From IMG/VR virus record IMGVR_UViG_2894272399_000002, positions 17,174 through 81,173 of that record: a DNA stretch of 64,000 nucleotides; one strand, given 5' to 3'. The stretch comes from a virus (taxonomy: Duplodnaviria; Caudoviricetes). The notes below the pieces were generated by a model. The model was not told where the DNA came from, ran no database searches, and saw nothing but the letters and a program-made list of their open reading frames with translations. Every line of letters begins with the position of its first letter. Position 1 is the first letter of the stretch. Position numbers and translations under genes: made by a program. Shown piece after piece: positions 19,549-28,642 of this stretch.

Positions 19549-21585
19549 ATGAAAAAAATGCTTTTGTGGCTTGTCCTGATCCTTTCAGGCCTTGCCGGTG
19601 AAGTTCAAGGTCAAAACCCGGAGGGATACATCCGGAAGATCCTCAAAGACGGACGTATAATTACTGCCGTACGGGTTGATTCTTACGCTGAAATGCAGGG
19701 TCAATGTTTTGTTGGAAGCCCGAAGCAATTTGTTGTGGAGACAGATGAGCATTCTGAGGGAAATAATGTATTGTATTACTGGGACGGATATTTGCTTCAT
19801 ACTGGGGGCCCAGGTACGGGTGGCGGTGGAAGCCAAGGCCCACCGGGGATTCAGGGTATTCAAGGCCCACAAGGGATTCAAGGGTTAAAAGGCGACAAGG
19901 GTGATCCAGGGGAACGCGGCCCGCAAGGGATTCAGGGCCCCACGGGTCTGACAGGAGCGACGGGGCCTGCTGGAATCGCTGGGGCTGCCGGAACAGCTGG
20001 GGTGAAAGGGGATAAGGGGGATACGGGAGCCACGGGGGCTACCGGTCCTACTGGCGCAACCGGACCTGCCAACACGAATGCTTCCGCACTCGAATCCGGA
20101 ACGGTACCGCTGGCAAGATTGCACTCAAGTGTACTCACTGAAACCAACGCCTTAGCTCTATCCAATAAAACGATCGATGGGAACAACAATGCTTTGAATG
20201 TACTTCAAAGCCAAATTCAAGGCTGGGCAGCAGCGATGGCTGCAAAAGTCAGCACGACCGGGGACGAGTCAGTAGCAGGCATAAAAACATGGTCGAAAAC
20301 ACAAAGGTTTACCGATACTTGGGCAAATAAGCCGCTGATCGTCGGTGTAACAGGCCAGTCTGGCGTAATTGCTTTCGCAAGGGGTTCGGATGGTTCTACA
20401 CAGGCGCGGTTTGGATATAAGTCTCAGGGCGAGAATAATATCATTGAAGCGTTTGCACCTGGTGGATCTGGCGCATTTGAAATAAACACGAACGGCGGAA
20501 CAGGCCTAAAAGTATTTTCGGACGGAAGGACAGTCGTAGGCCGGGGTATAACCTTAACCAATGATGCTCATTACGATTTTCAATCAAAGGGGCCAACCTA
20601 CGTGGGCTCTGCATTGAAAGTAGCAGGTAGTTTTGAAACCAACTCAGACAGTATAAAGGTATTCGCCAATAATGACGCAGCTATTGCTGGAGGGGTGAAG
20701 GTTAACCAGTGGTATTATCAGGTACTTCCTGACGGGGAGTGGGCGCCAAGGATCGCACACGCCGTTAACACTGAACCTATCTTTGGAGAGAAGGCAAGTA
20801 GTGGCACAACTCGGATATTTTGGGAGGGCTCTACGATGGAGCAGTCCTACAAGGCTCAATCTCCTAATTTAGACCACAATATAAGAAGGGCTACCAATAA
20901 AACTTCCCCGGTATATAGGTTTGAAATAAGGAGATTTGAAAACTGGGCCACAGACTCTGTAAACAATAATACTCAGAATGGGCAGTACAAGGAGCGTACA
21001 GAAATGTATCAAGAGGGGGTATCTATCCCCTTCAATCAGGATGTCTGGGTGTCTTATTCTGTTTACATAGAGCCAGGTGGAGATATATCCTATGGAGGAA
21101 ACCAGGATTTCTACTGCATGTTGGGGCAGTGGCATCCTGGCGATGGAGTCCCGAGCGGGGGTCCTTCCTGGGGTATTGAATTACTGGGGCAGGGAAGTCT
21201 TAATCTTTTCACAAGAGGTCAGGATACATTGGTCCCCCCATTCTCTGGTGGAAGACCTTGGGCGGTGGACAGAGCCAATATTACCGTATCAAGAGGTGCG
21301 TGGCATAATATCGTAGTCCGGGCGAGACACAATAAAAGTGTGGGTCAGATTGACTGGTGGGTTGATAACAACCCTACCCCAGTTTATTCGGGAACAAACA
21401 TTCCGATAGGAAATAATCACACTACAATTGGATACTGGAAGTTCGGGATTTATCGGACAACCAATGTGAATGCGTTGGCAGTGAGGTACGCCAACGTGGA
21501 AGTAAAAGTCGACGCTACCAACAGTAACGCCGTCAATGGCAACACCCTCAAAGGAAGAGTTGCTTCGCCATTACCAATCAATTAA
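19549..21585 (+). CDS. Signal-peptide collagen-like fibre with C-terminal polysaccharide lyase-like domain
   Basis: Signal ends VQG|Q; 27 Gly-X-Y triplets; RFEIR, ERTE, GQWH and YWKFGIYR motifs. Confidence 0.8.
   Translation: MKKMLLWLVLILSGLAGEVQGQNPEGYIRKILKDGRIITAVRVDSYAEMQGQCFVGSPKQFVVETDEHSEGNNVLYYWDGYLLHTGGPGTGGGGSQGPPGIQGIQGPQGIQGLKGDKGDPGERGPQGIQGPTGLTGATGPAGIAGAAGTAGVKGDKGDTGATGATGPTGATGPANTNASALESGTVPLARLHSSVLTETNALALSNKTIDGNNNALNVLQSQIQGWAAAMAAKVSTTGDESVAGIKTWSKTQRFTDTWANKPLIVGVTGQSGVIAFARGSDGSTQARFGYKSQGENNIIEAFAPGGSGAFEINTNGGTGLKVFSDGRTVVGRGITLTNDAHYDFQSKGPTYVGSALKVAGSFETNSDSIKVFANNDAAIAGGVKVNQWYYQVLPDGEWAPRIAHAVNTEPIFGEKASSGTTRIFWEGSTMEQSYKAQSPNLDHNIRRATNKTSPVYRFEIRRFENWATDSVNNNTQNGQYKERTEMYQEGVSIPFNQDVWVSYSVYIEPGGDISYGGNQDFYCMLGQWHPGDGVPSGGPSWGIELLGQGSLNLFTRGQDTLVPPFSGGRPWAVDRANITVSRGAWHNIVVRARHNKSVGQIDWWVDNNPTPVYSGTNIPIGNNHTTIGYWKFGIYRTTNVNALAVRYANVEVKVDATNSNAVNGNTLKGRVASPLPIN
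19828..20070 (+). repeat. Collagen-like Gly-X-Y repeat, 27 triplets
   Basis: Counted in the translation, GSQGPPGIQ...GATGPA. Confidence 0.9.
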
Positions 21586-21597
21586 CCATACACACAC

Positions 21598-21981
21598 ATG
21601 AAAAATCTCATTATAGTATTCTCACTATTGTTAATGGCGACCGTTTCACAGGCCCAGACAATCCGAAAAGGCTTGGTTACTTCCATTATGGCGGCCGGCC
21701 GCATTACAGATGGACAAGAGGTAGTCGCGGCAGACCTTCCATACTTCAAAAGCCAGGGAGCATTCTTTTCGATTATGATTGTTCCCAAGGACGTGGAAAA
21801 TGTTAAAGAAATTGAGATTATCAAAGCGCGGTATTACCAGGGGGAAGCTATTCGTAACATTCCATTGATGGTCAACTCTTGGAATACGGTGATGCTCGTG
21901 GAGATCGACGACGACAACGAGGCCTTGTTCGAAGACTATAATGTTTACGTTGGCTTCGGCGATGATGTGCCAGGCTTGTAA
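21598..21981 (+). CDS. Small signal-peptide protein, possible head-spike base or fibre adaptor
   Basis: Signal ends SQA|Q; beta-rich, ending YNVYVGFG; precedes a fibre gene. Confidence 0.6.
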   Translation: MKNLIIVFSLLLMATVSQAQTIRKGLVTSIMAAGRITDGQEVVAADLPYFKSQGAFFSIMIVPKDVENVKEIEIIKARYYQGEAIRNIPLMVNSWNTVMLVEIDDDNEALFEDYNVYVGFGDDVPGL

Positions 21982-21996
21982 AATACACACTAAAAT

Positions 21997-23808
21997 ATGA
22001 AAAAGATACTTCTATTGCTGCTTCTGGCAGCCAATGTCACACATGGTCAGTTTATTGGGGCACCAAGGAGGGGTTTGTCAACTTCCGGCAGTGGTGGCGG
22101 ATCTGAAACTGATCCTGTTTTTTCCGCGTCTCCCGCTGCTGGGATAACGTCGCCAAACATTACAAATTGGCTTTCCGCTTATAGCTGGGGAAATCATGCA
22201 TCCGCTGGTTATCAAATTACATCAAACCTAAGTACTGACTTAACACCCAATGCGAGCAAGTATCCCAATGTTAATGCTGTAAATACCGGCCTTGGGCTAA
22301 AGGCGAACCTTGCTGGAGGTGCTACATTTTCAGGTACTATTATAATGCCGTCTACTTTCTCCGTTGGGACGGTGTCGGCAACAGAGATATCTTATCTTGA
22401 TGGCGTTACTACATCGATCCAGGCGAATATTGATTCCAGGGCCCCAAACAACCTAAATGGGTATGTGTCTGGCGCTGGAACGGTCACTTCCACCGACACC
22501 CCGCTTCAAGGTATACAGAAGCTTAATGGTAACGACGCGTTAAAAGCGAATTTAGCCGGTGGCAATACATTTACTGGTACACAGTCTTTTCCCTCGACGA
22601 CATCGATCGGAAATGTATCTTCTACCGAAATTGGCTACGTTGATGGAGTAACGTCATCAATTCAAACCCAACTTGATTCAAAGGCATCGGCGAACAATGG
22701 AACCTTGACAGGCACGACGACAACAGCGAACCTTGTGCCTGCATCTAACGGGACCTCCGACTTAGGAACGATATCAACCAGGTATTTAAACGGCTATTTC
22801 AACCGTATCAATGCAGGGGGAACACTCACGCTTATATCTGCTGGCACGAGCGCTATGCAGTTCAGTAATACTTCAACGACGTCGGGATTATTTGCTCAAT
22901 TCGCGCCGATTACTAACGAATTGATGTTGCAATCCCCTGGGACTTCTTTTGGAACCAACTCTGGTCATAGATTTCAAAACTTTGGAACATCCCGGTTTGC
23001 GGGTAATGCACTGTTTGAGTCGAATATTCAAATGTCGGCGTTGCCTGCCATGGGTACAAAACCCGCAGGTGTTCTGGTTGCAGACGGATCGGGTAACATC
23101 AGCAGCCGGACAAATGCCCAGCATTTCGCTGACATCAATGAAATCCAAAACTTCAAAAGGGTAGCGGGATGGGAAGCCCAGGGTAATGGATCGACCGTAA
23201 ACTCTGCTGGTCTGGCCGTAACAGCAGAAGGAACAGCCACGGCTCGAAGTGTGGCAACTACCAACTTTTATACAGGCATGCGTCGCCTGAATTACGTAGG
23301 AGCGACGACCGCAAACGCACCAGCAGGGATACGAGGCAACAACGCACAGTTCCAGGTCGCTCGGGGATTCTCGTTCCGTGCAGTTTTTGGTATTCGAGCG
23401 TACAACGCCGGACATAGGTATTATGTAGGCATGGGCGAGGACGCGGATAATACAGTCGATCCTTCTGCTCTCGTGAACAGGCTCAACATGTACGCAGATC
23501 CAGGCGATGTCACATGGAAAATACGTGGAGCGAATGCGTCACAAGGAACCGCCATCGATCTGGGCGCAAACTTCCCAGTTAACACGTCCGAAACAGATTT
23601 TTATGATGTGACCTTCAATTGTGAGCCAGGCGCGACTACGGCCACCTATTTGGTAAGAAGACTAAACACCGGAGATACCGCATCCGGAACTATCAGCACA
23701 GTTCCATCCGCTGTCTTAATCCGTCCGCAGGTGATCGCTGGTAACGCGGCAACGGGAACAGCCGCAAGTATTGACATTGCGAGGGTGGTGGTTATAACAG
23801 AGAATTGA
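21997..23808 (+). CDS. Signal-peptide tail/head fibre-like protein
   Basis: Signal ends THG|Q; ETDPVF..AYSWGNHA motif; two KANLAGG...TEIxYxDGVTxSIQ fibre repeats. Confidence 0.75.
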   Translation: MKKILLLLLLAANVTHGQFIGAPRRGLSTSGSGGGSETDPVFSASPAAGITSPNITNWLSAYSWGNHASAGYQITSNLSTDLTPNASKYPNVNAVNTGLGLKANLAGGATFSGTIIMPSTFSVGTVSATEISYLDGVTTSIQANIDSRAPNNLNGYVSGAGTVTSTDTPLQGIQKLNGNDALKANLAGGNTFTGTQSFPSTTSIGNVSSTEIGYVDGVTSSIQTQLDSKASANNGTLTGTTTTANLVPASNGTSDLGTISTRYLNGYFNRINAGGTLTLISAGTSAMQFSNTSTTSGLFAQFAPITNELMLQSPGTSFGTNSGHRFQNFGTSRFAGNALFESNIQMSALPAMGTKPAGVLVADGSGNISSRTNAQHFADINEIQNFKRVAGWEAQGNGSTVNSAGLAVTAEGTATARSVATTNFYTGMRRLNYVGATTANAPAGIRGNNAQFQVARGFSFRAVFGIRAYNAGHRYYVGMGEDADNTVDPSALVNRLNMYADPGDVTWKIRGANASQGTAIDLGANFPVNTSETDFYDVTFNCEPGATTATYLVRRLNTGDTASGTISTVPSAVLIRPQVIAGNAATGTAASIDIARVVVITEN

Positions 23809-23812
23809 TTTC

Positions 23813-24346
23813 ATGAAACAGACGATCAAAATACACCTCCTCGAATACAACACGGGACAAATTGAAGGACTTCCGGCGAATCCTCGGTTTATCAAGGACG
23901 ATAAATACGAAAAGCTTAAAATGAGCCTTCAGGAAGATCCCGAGATGCTTGAATTACGGGAATTGCTGGTTGTGCCTCTGGACAAAATCTTCGTGGTGAT
24001 CGCAGGAAACATGAGGCTCCGTGCTGCCAGTGAGCTCGGAATAAAAGAACTACCCTGTAAGGTGATCGCTGCAGGAACTGATCCTGCAACACTTCGTGCG
24101 ATATCGATCAAAGACAACATCAGCTATGGAAACCACGATTGGGATATGCTCGCCAACGAATGGGAGGTTGAAGAACTCGAACATTGGGGGCTGGACATCC
24201 CGGATCTTGGAGCCGACGAAGAAGAAGCACCCAACACTGAAAAGATCCTGTCAAAAAAGCTGATCATCGAGTGTGGCGATCTGAACGAACTTGAAAAACT
24301 ATACGGCGAATTGCAGGATAGAGGTTTTGTCTGCTCGCTTAAATAA
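23813..24346 (+). CDS. ParB/Srx N-terminal domain protein
   Basis: NPR, VIAGNMRLRA and KDN motifs; typical position before terminase. Confidence 0.85.
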   Translation: MKQTIKIHLLEYNTGQIEGLPANPRFIKDDKYEKLKMSLQEDPEMLELRELLVVPLDKIFVVIAGNMRLRAASELGIKELPCKVIAAGTDPATLRAISIKDNISYGNHDWDMLANEWEVEELEHWGLDIPDLGADEEEAPNTEKILSKKLIIECGDLNELEKLYGELQDRGFVCSLK

Positions 24347-24988
24347 TTGACCATGACCGACCCACGAAGAAAAGATAAACAGATCGCAGAAGCCAGACGC
24401 GTGATCGTCGCCGAGTGCTATAAAAGGGGCATGACGATCCGGCAAACCTGCGAGGCTGTCATGAAACAAATGAGTTTGGATGGGCCGCCCAGCACCAAAA
24501 CGATTTTCAACGATCGGGACTTCCTTCTCAAAGAATGGAAGAAGGAAAGGATTCAAGATGTGGATGACATGCTCCAACTTGAACTAACCCGGATTGACGA
24601 TATCATCATTGAGCTTTGGGAGGCCTGGAAAAAGTCAAAAACCGATTACAAATCAAAATTCTCCAAACAAAAAGGCGAACTGCCCGCGGGTGTTTCTCAC
24701 GATAGGGATATCGATAAGGAGGAAAGGAAGCGCATTAAAGCAACGTATGCAGAGCGCGGAGAAAGGGAAGAAATTATGTTCGGAGATCCGAGGTATTTAT
24801 CAGAGATACGCTTCCAGCTCATAGAAAGAAGAAAGCTTTTGGGGCTATACGCTCCGGAGAAAAAAGAAGTAACAGGAGCGGGAGGAAAAGACCTTCTACC
24901 AGAGAGGACACAGGATATCAGCATGCTTACAGCCGAAGAGAAAGCCATCCTTTTAGACATTGCACGGAAAGTTGATAGAACAAAGTAG
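24347..24988 (+). CDS. terS: Terminase small subunit
   Basis: N-terminal HTH; RRKLLGLYAPEKKEVTGAGGK; upstream of terL. Confidence 0.75.
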   Translation: MTMTDPRRKDKQIAEARRVIVAECYKRGMTIRQTCEAVMKQMSLDGPPSTKTIFNDRDFLLKEWKKERIQDVDDMLQLELTRIDDIIIELWEAWKKSKTDYKSKFSKQKGELPAGVSHDRDIDKEERKRIKATYAERGEREEIMFGDPRYLSEIRFQLIERRKLLGLYAPEKKEVTGAGGKDLLPERTQDISMLTAEEKAILLDIARKVDRTK

Positions 24989-26441
24989 CATATCGTATTA
25001 CCAACTCCTCGATGATATTGAACGTGAAGCATGTAGGGATTCTTTTTACGAGTTTTTGCAGTCTTTTTGGGACGTGATCATCAAAGAAACCCCTGTATTC
25101 AATTGGCACATTAAATTTCTATGCGACGAGCTGCAAGAACTATCTAAAAGCATTGTGAGAAGAGAGGCAAAACCATACGATCTGATTGTAAACATCCCGC
25201 CTGGAACGACAAAATCCACGGTGACAACGATCATGTGGCCTGCATGGTTATGGACTCAGGATCCGACGATCCGGATTATCACAAATTCCTACTCCATGGA
25301 CTTGTCGATAGAGCATGCGGTTAAATCGCGCGATATTCTCACTTCCGAAAAGTTTAAACGCCTTTTTCCTGAAGTAAAGATCCGGAAAGACAAAGGGGCC
25401 AAGTCCTCCTATGAGAACACAAACACCGGCGCCCGTTACACTACATCTACCGGCGGTACGATTACAGGTAAGCATGCGCACATCCTGATCAGTGATGACC
25501 CGTTAAATCCAAGCCAGGCCGCATCCGACGCAGACAGGAAGGCCGCTAACGAGCACACTAAAACTTTGTCGTCGCGTAAGGTCGATAAAGCCAATACGCC
25601 AGTGATTACCATCATGCAGCGACTTCATGAGGAAGACGTGACGGGATATCTTCTCAAAAAGAAGGGCGAAAAGATCCGGCATTTGAACCTGCCCGCCGAA
25701 GACAGTGAAAAAGTTCTTCCCGCGGAAGTACGGGCAAAGTATATTTCTGGCTTGCTGGATCCTGTTCGCTTAAACAGGTCGGTTCTGGATGAAGCGCTGA
25801 CCGATCTTGGATCTATGGGCTATGCCGGTCAGTACGATCAATCGCCGACTGCGAAAGGCGGGAACATCGTAAAAGCAACCTGGTTCAAATACATGTCCTC
25901 CGCCAGCTTTCAGTCGATACGGACACCACAGAACCCGGTAGTTTTCTTCATGGACACGGCCTACACGGACAAAGACCAGGACAATGACCCAACTGGCATA
26001 ATTGCCACATGCAAAATCGGAGCAGACTTATACATCACCAAAGCGGCTAAGGTTTACAAAGAATTTCCAGAGCTCATCAAATTCGTCCCGGATTGGGTTC
26101 GGGCCAATGGCTACTCCAACCAAAGTACATTGCGAATTGAACCGAAAGCGTCGGGGTTGTCGGTTGTTCAGCAACTGAAAAGAACGACCGATATCAACAT
26201 CACGACAACGCCGACACCGAAGGACGATAAGAAAACCAGGCTAACCGCGTCGTCTCCAAAGATCGAATGCGGCCGTGTGATCCTGATAACCGACACATGG
26301 AACGAAGACTTCGTTGACGAAATATGCGGTTTCCCAAACAAAACACACGATGAATACGTGGATTTGATCGCCTACGCGGTTGATTACCATTTGAACACAC
26401 CCAAGACTCAGTCACACGCTATACACAACGCTTTTAGATGA
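24960..26441 (+). CDS. terL: Terminase large subunit
   Basis: NIPPGTTKS Walker A, ISDDP Walker B, MQRLH, and nuclease motifs DTAY...HDEYVD. Confidence 0.93.
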   Translation: MHGKLIEQSSISYYQLLDDIEREACRDSFYEFLQSFWDVIIKETPVFNWHIKFLCDELQELSKSIVRREAKPYDLIVNIPPGTTKSTVTTIMWPAWLWTQDPTIRIITNSYSMDLSIEHAVKSRDILTSEKFKRLFPEVKIRKDKGAKSSYENTNTGARYTTSTGGTITGKHAHILISDDPLNPSQAASDADRKAANEHTKTLSSRKVDKANTPVITIMQRLHEEDVTGYLLKKKGEKIRHLNLPAEDSEKVLPAEVRAKYISGLLDPVRLNRSVLDEALTDLGSMGYAGQYDQSPTAKGGNIVKATWFKYMSSASFQSIRTPQNPVVFFMDTAYTDKDQDNDPTGIIATCKIGADLYITKAAKVYKEFPELIKFVPDWVRANGYSNQSTLRIEPKASGLSVVQQLKRTTDINITTTPTPKDDKKTRLTASSPKIECGRVILITDTWNEDFVDEICGFPNKTHDEYVDLIAYAVDYHLNTPKTQSHAIHNAFR

Positions 26442-27856
26442 AAAACATCAATGAAATTCTTGCTCAAGGGTCGACTACGGACATCATTGACGAATTAAAA
26501 AAGAAAAATATTGTCGTTCCTAAATGGGAGGAATTGGTCAAGGAATACGAGCCAAAGTTGCATGCTATTATTGCTGACAAGGCAAAGTATCCGGACAAAC
26601 CGATTTACGACAATAACGACAACATCATTAAGACTGAACCAATCACTCGGGTGGCGATTGGCTTACAGAAACTTGCGGTGAAAAGGATGTCTGAGTTTAT
26701 GTTCACTATCCCGGCAAACCCTATTTGTGAGGACGCGGACACTGACAAGCAGATTGAAGAGCAGTTCACAGCTTTGAAAAAAGTTTTGAAAAAGAACAAG
26801 TGGAAGACGCTCAATAAAAAACGGTGCAAAATAATCTCTTCGCAGTGCGAGCAGGCCACTTATTGGTATGTCGTTCAGGGCAAGGAGAAGCACAACCTTT
26901 ATGGGTTCGAAACTACATTCAAACTCAAATGTGCAGTCTTCTGCCCAGAAAATGGCGACACCTTATTTCCTCTTTTTGATGAAATGGGTGATATGATCGC
27001 ATTCAGCCGGGAGTTTGCAATTCAGGATGGCGACAAGAAAACACAATACTTCGAAACCTGGACAAGTGACAAGTACATTCGATGGAGACAGGAGTCTGGC
27101 AGCGAATGGACAGTTGACACACCACCTACCGTGATACAAATAGGCAAAATCCCCCTTGTGTACGGGTATCGAAAAAACCCAATCTGGGACGATGCCGACA
27201 ATGGCAAAGTCTCAGAGATTGAACTGCTGCTTTCCCGTAATGGTGACATCATTGCCTACCACGCGGCCCCAGTACTTATCATCAAAGGCGAACTTGCCGG
27301 TGCGCCGAGCAAGAGCGAAGCGAACAAAGTGTTCACTACTGATACCGGCGGTGGCGCTGAATACGTATCATGGCAACAGTCGCCCGAATCGGTGAAATTC
27401 CAATTCGAAACGCTTCTTCGCATGTACTTTACTGAATTGCAGCTACCCGACCTTTCGTTCGAAAACATTAAGGGCCTGGGCGCAGCTTCCGGAGAAGCCC
27501 GCAAATGGCTCCTTGCTGATGCTCACTTAAAGGTTGGTGACGAGTCTGAAATTTACGAGGATATTATTGACCGCGAATACAGCATCATTAAGGCCTACCT
27601 CGGTGCAATGAATACGAGGTGGAAGGACTCGATCAACGATTTGGAAATCGAGACCGAGATCACACCTTTTATTATTTCCGATGAGAAAACGAAGGTCGAA
27701 GTGCTTGTGGCGGCCAACGGAGGCAAGCCTCTGGTTTCTCAGGAGCGTAGCGTAGAACTGGCTGGCTTCTCTGAAAAACCAGGTGATGATTTCATCAAGA
27801 TCAAAGCCGAATACGCCGAAGAGAACGTGAAAGACATCCTCGAACCAACTTTTTAA
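26438..27856 (+). CDS. Portal protein (SPP1 gp6-like)
   Basis: 472 aa after terL; GKIPLVY and SGEA motifs. Confidence 0.9.
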   Translation: MKNINEILAQGSTTDIIDELKKKNIVVPKWEELVKEYEPKLHAIIADKAKYPDKPIYDNNDNIIKTEPITRVAIGLQKLAVKRMSEFMFTIPANPICEDADTDKQIEEQFTALKKVLKKNKWKTLNKKRCKIISSQCEQATYWYVVQGKEKHNLYGFETTFKLKCAVFCPENGDTLFPLFDEMGDMIAFSREFAIQDGDKKTQYFETWTSDKYIRWRQESGSEWTVDTPPTVIQIGKIPLVYGYRKNPIWDDADNGKVSEIELLLSRNGDIIAYHAAPVLIIKGELAGAPSKSEANKVFTTDTGGGAEYVSWQQSPESVKFQFETLLRMYFTELQLPDLSFENIKGLGAASGEARKWLLADAHLKVGDESEIYEDIIDREYSIIKAYLGAMNTRWKDSINDLEIETEITPFIISDEKTKVEVLVAANGGKPLVSQERSVELAGFSEKPGDDFIKIKAEYAEENVKDILEPTF

Positions 27857-27859
27857 GCC

Positions 27860-28048
27860 ATGGACGATCTCGTATTACAGATAATCAACGCCTGCATCCA
27901 GCAAAGAAAAGATTCCGGTCTTACACCGCATCATGTGACTTTGATCAACCTTGACAGAAGCATAAAAGACTCGCTGAACCGGCTTTATTCTGCCGGTAAA
28001 ATCAAGGTTGGGGATACAATTAACGATAAATACATTGATGTTTTATGA
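27860..28048 (+). CDS. Small hypothetical protein (winged-helix-like)
   Basis: LNRLYSAGKIKVGDTIND; coupled in the operon. Confidence 0.55.
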   Translation: MDDLVLQIINACIQQRKDSGLTPHHVTLINLDRSIKDSLNRLYSAGKIKVGDTINDKYIDVL

Positions 28049-28569
28049 GTGATAAAAAAATAGTGGCAGCTCCTGAATTAAAGAAATTAGAGAATAATCT
28101 AAATAGCATCACCGAGTTATGTACAATTTCTGGACTTGCGTCGGTCTCCGCTGATCTCATCACGTGCCTTGTTGCCGAAAAGATCGGAAGCGGTTGCTAT
28201 CGATCCGTTTACGAGTACAACCTAGATCCAAAATATGTTATTAAGATCGAGCCATTAAACACTAACTGTAATATCACAGAGTACTTATTGTGGAATGAAA
28301 TACGCGGATTAACAGGGGATCTTGCATGGGTTAAGGACTGGTTCGCCCCAGTGAAATGGATGTCCCCAAACGGACGCGTTCTTGTCATGGAACGTACAAA
28401 GCAAAACTACAAAAAGAAGAAGCCAACTGAGATTCCTAAGTTCATGTGGGATGTAAAGGAGGATAACTTCGGATGGATTGGCAAAAAATATGTTTGCCAC
28501 GACTATGGTCAGTTTTACAACTTCATTCATTACTCGAAGGCAATGCAAAAGGTCGGCAATCGGTGGTAG
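28045..28569 (+). CDS. Minimal protein-kinase-fold enzyme
   Basis: IGSGCYRSVY Gly-loop, VIK lysine, LVME hinge, DVKEDN catalytic loop, HDYG in place of DFG. Confidence 0.72.
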   Translation: MSDKKIVAAPELKKLENNLNSITELCTISGLASVSADLITCLVAEKIGSGCYRSVYEYNLDPKYVIKIEPLNTNCNITEYLLWNEIRGLTGDLAWVKDWFAPVKWMSPNGRVLVMERTKQNYKKKKPTEIPKFMWDVKEDNFGWIGKKYVCHDYGQFYNFIHYSKAMQKVGNRW

Positions 28570-28642
28570 CCGTCCGTCTAAGAATAAATGACGTTTATCT
28601 AAGCAATGACTTAGATCTCTGTCTAAACACACAACACACACT

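Noticed and set aside
19828-20070. GC-rich periodic DNA as a regulatory or mobile repeat
   Set aside because: Fully explained by collagen Gly-X-Y coding.
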